A DNA stretch of 64,000 nucleotides. Source: Blasia pusilla (taxonomy: Eukaryota). A program made the translations under genes and the position numbers. The DNA lies in NCBI GenBank assembly GCA_050084515.1, contig CM114271.1, forward strand, positions 35,588,001 through 35,652,000. The letters are read 5' to 3'. The notes beneath the pieces were generated by a model that did not search any database, had not been told where the DNA came from, and saw nothing but the letters and a program-made list of their open reading frames with translations. Within the stretch, counting starts at the first letter, position 1. Every line of letters starts with the position of its first letter. Below are positions 53,684-64,000 of the stretch, piece after piece.

Positions 53684-54345
53684 TTTCTAGTCCACCCCTT
53701 CCATATGTGCGATAGCAACAGCGCATCCGACAGCACCTTCACATCCAGATTTCGGACATTTCTGTTTGGGGTTCCCGCGGAGGAGGTTTGTTTTTTCAGT
53801 GAAGGGCTGGGATTTATTCGAAATTCTTGACCCGGGAGCACACATAGGCAAGGCGTTGTCTCTCCCTCTCTCGACTCGAACATGAATGAATGGACTAGAG
53901 AGAGATAGAGACACACCTGCTTGTTGTAGATGTTGAAGTAAATGTTAAACAAGTACCAGAGTCCGAAAAGAGAGCCCAGCTGCAACGTCTTGACCAACTC
54001 GCTGGGCCCTGCTGGGTCTGAAACCACTGGGCTTGCGCTTCCATCGGTGGCACTGCCATCAGCAGCACCTTCGGCTGCGGAAGCTCTGACCACGAAGCCC
54101 ACCTTAGCGCTACGCCCCTCACGTTTCCAATTCCACACGCTCCCCGACCTCGCCTTGAGTGGAAAGAGCCCCGATCGCGACAGAGCTAACCCACTCGCGG
54201 GACGCGCGCCACAGAAAGCGCTCCTGAATTGCGGCACCCGCACTGAGCTCAACACGGGATCGAGAGAATAGCCACTCCGCGGTGGCATCACTGTGCATTT
54301 CAGAGCGCACGCCTGATGCTGCATCGCCACAGTTTGGGACACCAT
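49543..54345 (-). CDS. PPT: Plastid phosphoenolpyruvate/phosphate translocator (TPT family), 9 exons, 426 aa
   Basis: Exons (-): 54345-53917, 52816-52694, 52113-51961, 51605-51520, 50962-50878, 50665-50543, 50363-50295, 49890-49761, 49625-49543 (1281 nt). Ser/Arg/Ala-rich transit peptide ending VVRAS. Motifs: [81 protein letters not shown]. These fit the PPT subfamily. Confidence 0.93.
53644..53681. repeat. (GA)n microsatellite in PPT intron 1
   Basis: About 19 GA units, read directly. Confidence 0.9.
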
Positions 54346-56821
54346 GTCGTCGGCGATTCAATGCGAAGCAATTCAATGCCGTCTGTGGTTGTTGCTGTGC
54401 GCCGGGCAATCGACACGCAATCCGTCGATCAGTTAACACACACACACACACCACACGACCGCAGACAGCAGCAGCTCCTCCTTGAGAGCAGAGAGAAGGG
54501 ACTAGAGGCTCTGGAATTCGGCCAACCTAGTGACAGTGCTCAGTTGACGACGAGGTAAGCTTCTATCCCCAGATCGAGACCTCCTCTCGGCCTTCGTTTT
54601 CTCCAAATGGCGTCGCTGCGGATATGGATGACTTCCTCTCGTGTCCTTCCTTCCCTCCCTTTTTTTCTTGAGCAAACGCAGCTCCACAAGAGCCAGACAA
54701 CGCGTTTTTCACCAGTTTTAGCCGACCTAACCTTCAGCCTGTCCCTTGGCCTGGCTCCAAATTCCGGTCAATTCCAGTTTTGCTCTGTGGAGAAGGGGCC
54801 CCTCCTTAAACCTCCGAGGACAAGAATACCTCAGGCACCTATCTCCTCGTAGGTATCACAAAGGAGAAAGAATATTACGTAGATTCACAGCGCTCCTGCT
54901 CTGCTGCCGCCGCAGCTGTGTTGATGCTGCCTTGACATCTACAGACCCTTGCGAAGTCCTCCCACACATGGCTCTCGATCGTCCGCACTGTGGTGCGCAA
55001 TCCACTGTTTGGAGATTCGAGGCACTGCGTTCTCAAGCGGCAGGCTAGCCACATGGATGCATGTGCCAGCAATAGTCATACCTGCTTATGCACTCCTGGG
55101 GCCAGTGTTGCAACAGTAGGGGTCAATCGCGTTGCTTCATTCATTGCGATGGATAGGTACTGCACATTCCTCGAAGTGTTGCGACTGACTCTCAGATTCG
55201 GATGTGCTTATGGATTTTGCCCGTTCGATCACGTCTGTTGTCACTTCTTGACTTGGAATGCCATTAGACTGCCATCACTGCTCATCGATGCTTCCCGCGG
55301 TGCTCGTTCAGGTGAAAGCGCTCTCTTCAAATCTTCCGCTGAAGCCGGTGAGAAGCGCAACTACCCGTTGGGCTGAGTCATCCCCAGAAGCCACCCATGG
55401 TCATGAATGTACTGGCTGACTGACTACATCAGCGGATCCAAGTTGCGTTTGGGATTTCTACTCATCGGGCCTGTTTTGAGACGACGACCGCATCGTCTCG
55501 AGAGATCATTCCTCGATTAGGGCGAGTAGGAGAGGATCAGCAGCAGCAGCAGGCGATTCGTTATGAACAGTCTGTGGGGGCCGAGATTTACTGGCAGAGC
55601 TGAGAAATGAAAAGCGGCTTTCTATCATAGACATTTGGAGCTTGCCATCGCGGATTACCTCGGGCGCGTTTCGCCACAAACCTGCGCAGCTCTTGTTGGT
55701 GGGCTGCCATCCGAGGGGGACCAGCAATATGATGAACATGGGAGGTATCTTGCATCAATTTGTCCCACATATGATGTGTTAACATAGGAGGTATCTTGCA
55801 TCAATGTCTTCCAACAGACGGAGAGAGCTTGGCCGACTCTTGGATCTCTCCTCAACCGACTTTCGCAGAGGGGGCAAGTTCACGGAGGAGAAACAAGAGT
55901 GCCTCACACTTCAATCCCTGTCCTGAACTCGTGGAGATCCCAGATTTCATGGAGACGAACATTCCACCATTCCAGCGAGAGGAGGAGAGAGGACTGCATT
56001 TGCCTGCCATGAAACACCTCTACATTTGCCTAACCGGTTTCATGGAAGGTGGACGTACTGCCGAAATCTCCGTGGCTCCATCGCCAGCGGTCGATGAGAG
56101 GAATCCTCGAGAGCGGGCCGATCCCCGAGGGAGTTCCTTCTACCAATCGTCTAAGAATGTCAGGAGATGGATTCTTCAGTTCTCTCGCTTTCCCTGCCCA
56201 CGAAAATTGGACGAATTCCTCATCTCCATGGACATGTTTCCTTGGAAGCTTGCACCAGAGATGGAACAATTCCCAGCGACTCCGCAGATCTGACTTCCAA
56301 CGCACTGGAAAGCATCCTCTGAAATTTGAAGAGGAGGATATCGAAGAGCAGAAGGGCACGGGATCAGAAACGATTCAGCCGCTGCATCTATCTAGCAACA
56401 AAGAACGATCGATAAAAGAGTGCTCCGGCATGTCGCTGCGGGTGTTTCGTAGGCCATGACGCAGACTTCCATATCCACAACCACCCCCTGCAATGTCAAA
56501 CCAACCTCGACACATAAAGTTTGAGCAGCACATGATCACAGACCTTCTTATACCAATGCAGAGCTTCACGCCATGCGGACGAGATCGTGGTCGCTGGGAG
56601 ATCTTGTCTGATAACAAGGGGCTAGTCAGCGACGAATGACACCCTCAAGAGAATGTTCAGCTCAAGTGGAATCCCGCCGATTTCAATGCGGGTGCCAATT
56701 TCCTATTTACACTTTCGTTATTTACTGTGTGTGCACAATGATGGAGATCCGTTACTCTCCATGACGGAGCAGAGCTAGCCAGACCAGCGAGCTTACACCT
56801 AGTCTCAACAGACATGGGACA

Positions 56822-58108
56822 TTACTTCGCGGAACTTAGCCATCCCGTCTCCTGCAGCGAGATAAGAAATCTGTACCCACAATTACGGAGGAAGTGATTT
56901 GAATTCCCCCGAGGGACACATCTATCGGTTATCGGTACAGCTCCAGCCGCCCTGCGAGTATCCACCAGCAGCACGTCCAGGATCAAAGAATTGGCGCCAA
57001 TTGCAAAGCGTCGCAGCGCGCCTGAATCGACAACCAGTGCGACAATTCGCTGGCAATTTGTTATTGGAAAAGGATATGGAGGTGACGCTAGCTAGGCCTG
57101 GATGATGGCTCCTTGCCACTGCCAGAAGACTTTGGGCAACACCTGGTGCACCTGATTGCACTGGTGCAGCTGCATACACTCACCTGCCAAGCTGTCCAGG
57201 AAGAAAACCTCCTTGCCGAAGCAGATACCACGCTTTTTGGGAGACTCGAATGGGAAGTAGTAGCAAGACAAGTTCCCAACCTGTTCCCAGCGCGCGGTTT
57301 CCACATTGTACTTACCGACATAATTGGAACGGTTCATGACGAACAATCCCTGCTCCGTAGCTACGAATTCACCGTCCATGAGACCCACCTCCAGCTCCTC
57401 ACTCTTCTCCCATGTGTTCTTCACCGGATTGTAAGACAAAACCTTGCGCTCGCCATCTCCTGCAGACATTGCGCGCCCTTTGATGTACAGCCCTCCTTCA
57501 AAAACTGCGTCGCTCTCCGTATTTGCCAGCCCGAAAGGCATCGGCGCTACGAACGCCCACTCATCAGTGCCCGGGTCGTACGCTTCTGCCGACGATTCCA
57601 CGTCCCCGCTCGCATTGTACCCACCGGCCACATAAAGCTTCCCGTCGATGAATCCAGAAGCGAAATTGCAGCGAGCCACCTGCATGTCAGCTCCTCGCGA
57701 CCACTGGCGAGTGATAGTGTCGAAGATGTTGACGGTGGGCTGAATTGTCAGCCCCGAAGCGTCCCGCACGAGCCCGCCCAGCACCACGAACGAGGACCCG
57801 ATGGCCGCACAATTGTAGCCGCTCGAATGCAGCTGCTGCACACGCTCCCCTCTCGAGGGCAGCGGCAGACGGCACCGTTTCTTGGACCTGAGATCGTAAG
57901 CGTAGAAAGACGAGGGGCTGCACAGGACCAGCAGCCACGGGTCTTGCATCCCCATCTTCGCCCGCAAGCAGAAAACCTCCCTGCTGTGAAAGAGCTGACG
58001 CCAACCTCGACACACCTGACTCAGAAGCGCATGCTGCAACCTCGGCATTCTGGCCAAGCACAGCGATGCCAAATCGTCTGGCAGCCCGGGAATCAGAGGA
58101 TTCTCCAT
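56822..58108 (-). CDS. F-box/kelch-repeat protein: 374 aa if spliced (58108-57184 + 57021-56822), 338 aa if unspliced (stop at 57092)
   Basis: N-terminal F-box LIPGLPDDLASLCLARMP...VCRGWR. Kelch repeats: FVVLGG...NIFDTITRQWSRGADMQVARCNFASGFIDGKLYVAGG...AEAYDPGTDEW. A strong donor CAG|GTGAGT at 57183 and an acceptor TTCAG| at 57022 give an in-frame last exon. The C-terminal model is inferred. Confidence 0.88.
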
Positions 58109-58268
58109 CGCTCTCTCCGACTCGCGATTCAGCTGCGCTCCTCAATCTCGTCCAGCAGCGGCTCGCAAACACGACGGTGGACGGCGGCCGAGCTTCAGGA
58201 GACGACGCATAGACCCGTCAGGCCCTCGTGCCTCATTTGCAAGGCCTCAATTTTCTCGCGCGAAGGAA

Positions 58269-58270
<2 letters not shown>

Positions 58271-58313
<43 letters not shown>

Positions 58314-58404
58314 CCTCTCACGCCAAGGAAAGAAGCGAGGACGACACAAAGAACGAATTCAGAAATAATTGGGAGAGTGAAAAAGCTCGATAACCTCGAG
58401 CAAC

Positions 58405-58448
<44 letters not shown>
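58271..58448. repeat. Two (GA)20 microsatellites upstream of the F-box/kelch start codon
   Basis: GA tracts at 58271-58310 and 58409-58448; they read (TC)n on the gene's sense strand and probably lie in the 5' UTR or a 5' UTR intron. Confidence 0.9.
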
Positions 58449-58451
<3 letters not shown>

Positions 58452-61400
58452 GTACGCACTTGAGAAGAAGCAGGCGAGATTGAAACCGCGGTTAGTCTCC
58501 GCAGAGGCGGGACAGGAGGGCGGGGCGGCCCAAGATTGCTGGGGCACAGGAAGAAGAAGTCGGTCGGAGAATCAATCTCAATTCTCCACCGGATGTACGA
58601 AACAAACTACGGGACGCAGCAGGAGCGTTTCTGCGCACGGGAATCGAAGACGACCCGGACTTCTCCTCCTGCTGAGATCAGACCGACGAATCGAAGCCCC
58701 AGACGGTGCAGGAACAGAATTTCCCCATAACGATCCACCCCATCTCCCCCGTAATCATCCTCCTCTGAAACAGCCCCACCCAAACAAACTCCCCTCATTC
58801 TCCCCCGTCTTTCTCCTCTCCTCCCTCTCCTTTCCATTCCATCCTCTCCCTCTCCCTCTCTCCCCTCCCCTCCCCTTCTCTTCCTTCCCCTCCCCTGCCC
58901 TGCCCTGCCCTGCCCTGCCCCGCCCGACCCTACCCTGCCCAGCACAGGATACCCACAGCACCGCATATGCTTTCTGCTGCGCGCCGAGTCCGATCACCGA
59001 TTACCGGCACCCACAGGTACCTCCTAATTCCGCCCATCCTTTCGCAAGACGGACGGACGGACGGACGGAGAAACGGGCGGAACGGCAACTCGTAGGGTCG
59101 GATCGAACGACGACATGCAACCGTTTATCAGTTGCGGTTCGGCAGAGCGCCGACCGTGATCAGCGGAATCAGTCAGTCAGTCTGCCGCATTGCCGCATAC
59201 CTTCGTCCGTTGGGAAACGCCTACGTGGCGGAAAATGTGCAGGAGAAAACGGATTTTTTATTCATGTCTTTTATGTATTTGTTTTTAAGAGAACGCCTCT
59301 AAAATCTTATTTTAAATTTTTGCAAGTACACATGATTTTAGGGAGCACGAGAGCTCCAAATCCATTTAGTTTATTATCATGGCGGAAAATAAAAAGATTC
59401 CGACATCGAAGGAAAAAAGTTTGGAGAATTTGTGAAAATTTTGAAAAAAAAGATCGCTCATAATGGAAATGATCACATTTTTGGGACGAAAATAGATGAG
59501 GGATTTTGGGAAATGGAAAATGGACATGGAATTTCTCGGAGAAATTTCGGTGAGAGAGATGTTATGACGAGGGAACCATGCTCGAGAGCAAAACCAAGTC
59601 TTGGCAACCGGTTCCCAGAACAGAGATCCAAAACGTTCAACAATAAATATTAGATATGGTATTTTCTTTTGGAATGGAAGACAAACATGAAAATTTTGGG
59701 AGCACTTTTGGTGATGCAAACATGGTGAGTGAAATTACGAGGTTGTTTATGACTTCATAGAAATTGCAAATTGAAGTGACGTTCCAATGACTACTCGTCC
59801 AAATTGGAATGAGATAAAAGTTTAACACTTGTGGAGTCTTTGGACATGTGGAGTGGAGCCCAACTACAACTTAAGGGTAAAGATGCTCTAGCACAAATAA
59901 GAATGACGATAATAGATAAAAGTATTGTAAGGCGGTGAAGGTTGCCATGAGAAAGGACACAAAAGCTCATGGCTTCAAGGGAATGAACTTGTGGATATTT
60001 GTTGTAGGCAATGAAAGTAGGGATTAGAAACGACACTAGATTTCTTCATTTGAAAGGACCATGAACTCTATGGCTATTTTTGGAAGATGTGGAGCGTTAG
60101 AATGAGAAGATACATTAAAGATTTGAAGACCCCGACCAAACCAACTTCTTGGTCTTTTCATAAGGTGATGGAGTTTAGGATAAGTAAAACGGCCACATAT
60201 CATCCTAAACTCTAACAAAACCATGTCACCAAAGATCTTCATTCCAAAGAAACAAACTTTATGGTCATTTTAGTAAGGTGATAATGTACGTTTGGGATGA
60301 AAGGGCACCACAATATCTTCATTCTACAAGAAAAAAAAATGCATCACTTTTTTTAAGGTGATGAAGTTAGGTTTGAAGAAATTCAAAGGAAAAAGAAACA
60401 CATGGGATGGAAATTTAAAAATATCCAACTATCAAAAATATTTAGGTTCGACCATGCAAAAAGTGGGGGATGCCCTTATACAATAAAGTATCCAATTAAG
60501 GAATGTTAAGTTATTAAACATAAATAGAAATAAATGGTCCTTGAACACTTGAGAATGCCTTAGAAAAATAAGCATGTTGGTGCAGAGTGATAGAAACATA
60601 TGAAAAAAATAATCTCTCGGGAAAAAGAAACGCAAGAAGAAATCTAAGTTCTAGAATCCCTAGCACTCTCACAAGTGCTAAATGAATCCTTCTCAATTGC
60701 GTTTATGTTAGAAGATTGTTATAAGTTCTTGAGACCAACATATAGAAAAACTTCCCACATTTGAGAATCTCAAGCTTTTCTTTCTTCTCAAAAGCCATGA
60801 AACTATGAAAGTCCAATGATAGAAAGTGAAAGGAATTTCCCTCATATGTTAGGGCTTCATAGAATTATGGTTGTTGAAGTGAGACGAATTCAACCACCTA
60901 CCATGCTTGTTTTGAAAAAGATAAGGGACAAGAATCTACAATCTAAAACATATTACATATATTTTTGATAATGAGGCAACACCCATAAAAAAATTTCAAA
61001 TAAAAGTTGATAACTTTTTGGGGCTCGTGTAAGCCATCCTAAAAAAGGTCCCAAACCTTGTACTTTAGCACTCCATATTACAAATTTGGTGGAGAGTGTT
61101 TTTTTTAAATTTTATTTGGGGGTGGGGGGCACTTATTATCAAATTGTAGATCATATCTCGGCCTAGAATCCCAACACTCTCCAAGCATGATAGGCATTTG
61201 ATAAACATAACGTAGATTATTATCAATGTTAGTAGTTACTAATGAAAAATGCTTTAGAGATGCCCTCTCACTTTTTTTTCCATATGCAAAAATTAGTAGC
61301 TTAAGTTTTTGCTTTAAGATATTCTTTCTACATTTTTTACTATTTATTTTGGTGTGATTCCAATAAAAAAATTTAAAACTTCCCCTTAACTAGTCCATAT

Positions 61401-64000
61401 TATCATGAAAAGGGTGAGTAATTAATGATTCTATTTTATATCCTGAAAATTTGACTTATTCTAATAGCCAAACCTAGCATGCATATTTTAAAATTCAGAG
61501 AACTAAGTACATGGGAAATATTTAAAGTGGTAAAGAGCATAGGCACTAATTACTGGTAATAAATATAATAGTGTTAGAAAATCTGTTCATGAGACCCTTC
61601 CATTTTTTCAACTTTTTCCATTAGGAAATTAGCTTGTGGATTTTAGACAATAAATGTTAAACATCTATTACCTTTCCCATAAAGAGAATGAAACTTAATT
61701 ATAGGAGGTTGATGGATTGTAGGTTGAAACACAAGACCTCAATAAAATGAGATGCAAGAACCCATCGAAAGTACAAAGAATGTATGAGGATTCTTAGGTT
61801 AGTAGGGAAAAAATCCATATTTCTAAAATGAGAAACTTGACTAGAATCCAACAAACATAGTCATAAATTTAGAACACGCACCCCTAAAAAAACATTAAAA
61901 ACGAAATTTTAGTAATCTTTGAAATTTCAAACTGACTATGGTGTGCATTTAAAATTCATCATGTTTTTGAAAATAAATATTTTAATTTATCGATAATATT
62001 TAGGAATTGACCCCTCTTTCGCATAAATATGATAATCAATATTAGTTTTGGATTTCAAATCCTAATAAGATATCTTTTTAAGATATTAGTGCATAGTGTT
62101 CCATATTGCTTGCTTTAATGAAGTCCATATTATAAAACCCTATTTCTAAAAATACTAGTTGGGACTAGTGTAAAACAAGAGTCTTATTACTCGTAAACCA
62201 TATGTAAACGAATGTAGTACCTTAGGTGAGATGGGGATTTTTTCATAGATTTCTATTAGATGTAGGATTTGATACATGTTCATATCCCAACCACATGTAG
62301 CTCATTTAATAATACAAACATTGAGTTGATATGACTACATTTTGGGGGAAATTTATGAGTCCTTTTGGCTACAAAGCAATTGAAAAAAGCTCCAAAGTAC
62401 TCTCATTTTTTTATTGCTACATTCGCAAAATACTTGTATACTACTCGTAACTTGCAAGCAAAAAGGGTTGCATTCTTACATACATAATACGCTCATAAAC
62501 CACCGCCAAAGTAATCGAAAAAAAGAGGCTACTATGAGTACTAATTTTTTAAAGTCTCTTATGATTTCTAGGAGTCTCTAAGCCTTTGGAAAGAACTTGC
62601 AAAATTTTCCACCACTATGTAAGTACGTGCAATTGTGTATTACATTCCTTAAGCACACACCCAATCTTCCAATCGTTTATGAGTCTTGATAATATTTTTC
62701 TCCAAACTCATGAAGCACTCACAAAATTTTCCACTACATCATGAGTCTACGTAGGCGGATTTTTTTCTTGAGTAGGAATTTTTCGGATCCCTTTCTTGAA
62801 TGTATTTTTTTTCTTTTTATGTGTTCTTGCCCACACCTATGTTTTTGTTATATCCTAGCCACCTACAATAGGTCAGGTAGTAGGGTGCTTTCCCACTTGA
62901 CAACATAATACATGTATTTTTCTCCTCACCATTTACCTCTTTGCATGGTTGAGATTTCAACATGTTTTGCGCATAAAAAAAAAAAAACATGTTAGTAATT
63001 AAGCATGATAATTACTGGCAATGCAAGAACTTCTTATCTTCAAAATATGTCAAAAATAAGGATTTAGGCCACATACCAAATAATAACTTGGTTGGCAAAG
63101 ACACTCTTGTAGTCGATGGACCCCCCTTGACTACAAATGGTATTCATCTTGAGATACATAACATGTGTATAGCCATAACGCAACATAGTTAGTATGAAAA
63201 CCATATACAACTAGGACAAAAAAATACTTACTTGAAATCTTTGCTCCTTTTACTCCTTATCCCTCACCTCACTTTCAATCACCATGCTATAAGTATTTTC
63301 AAAATAAAGAAAAAAAGTTTGAAATTAAAAGACACGACTTAGCCATACTAGAAAAATGAAACTACTTTGAGAATAGTTGAAGTAGTCTTGGAAAGTTATG
63401 AGAAAATTGTTAAAAGTGAGGAACTATGGCGAAGGAAAGGGGATGTATTGATCGGTTCGGAAGTCTATGAGGATGTAGTAACTCCCATTTGTGACTATCT
63501 TTTTTTGAGTTAGTGAAAGTCCTGCAAGTGTAAGGACTCCAAAAACATTTCTTCCTAAATCAATCAAAAAGGGCTTGAATCCTTTTTTTAAACATATGGC
63601 TACTTACAAGTATACTATACAAGTTATGGATTAGTGCTTTGCAAGCATGTGTACTCATACTTGTAAGTGAATTCCAAAAATTTTCCACCCACAAATTGAC
63701 ACATATCTCGTCAAACACTTACAAGAGACTTAAAAATACCCACACAAAGTGGAATTGCAAAGTAATGGCAAACTCAACAAATTACCCCTAGCATTTGTGT
63801 AGAGTGATGCTCTATGAATTTTGCAAAACGTTTAAACTTGTGGACAACGTAAGAACTTTACAAAAATCACATCTTATTAATAAGGGTGATAAAAAATAAT
63901 ATAATGAAATATGAATTCTTTTCTCACAAATCGGAAATCCAAAATTCTATTTCAATTAAAAATTGTCACCTTAGGAGAGGAGCACTCAAATAAGCTCCTT

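Noticed and set aside
53536..53916. C-terminal half of the 269-aa ORF 53536-54345
   Set aside because: Read-through into PPT intron 1 after the CAG|GTGTGT donor; includes the microsatellite.
55735..55805. 25-bp direct repeat with a 46-bp period (CRISPR-like look)
   Set aside because: Only two copies, eukaryotic context and no cas genes; a simple local duplication.
55796..56617. Several overlapping 80-165 aa ORFs between PPT and the F-box gene
   Set aside because: No recognisable domain or consistent exon chain; more likely F-box 3' UTR or intergenic sequence.
57113..58393. 426-aa plus-strand ORF
   Set aside because: Antisense shadow of the GC-rich F-box/kelch CDS. It has a non-ATG start, runs through a GA microsatellite and has no recognisable domain.
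58480..59463. 327-aa plus-strand ORF
   Set aside because: Non-ATG start; it translates low-complexity promoter or leader repeats (PSPALPCPALP).
59300..64000. Short ORFs in the AT-rich terminal region
   Set aside because: No domain similarity or splice-consistent model; probably decayed repeats that I cannot classify.

Overview
Eukaryotic land-plant nuclear DNA with spliceosomal introns, (AG)n microsatellites and TE-rich AT-rich intergenic tracts. It is probably from a non-seed plant such as a liverwort, but that is an inference from gene and intron style only. Five apparently intact protein-coding genes can be built by hand. (1) A HUA2/HULK-family PWWP+CID gene (+, 994-10652, 10 coding exons, 1806 aa). 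(2) A single-exon DUF4228/PADRE gene (-, 33553-34413). (3) UFM1 (+, 45961-48547, 88 aa), whose start codon appears to be split by intron 1. (4) A plastid phosphoenolpyruvate/phosphate translocator (-, 49543-54345, 9 exons, one GC-AG intron). (5) An F-box/kelch gene (-, 56822 or 57092 to 58108). The intergenic DNA holds an intron-retaining APC8/CDC23 pseudogene and two solo LTRs of one family in inverted orientation, each with its own perfect 5-bp TSD. It also holds several ~180-230 bp mini-Helitrons (one head-to-tail junction), MITE-like GC-rich elements, a 97-bp tandem repeat with a tRNA-like fold, a perfect 24-bp hairpin and decayed TE coding relics. I found no convincing novel multi-gene system; the unusual points are structural or evolutionary. 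All coordinates were counted by hand and no database search was run.
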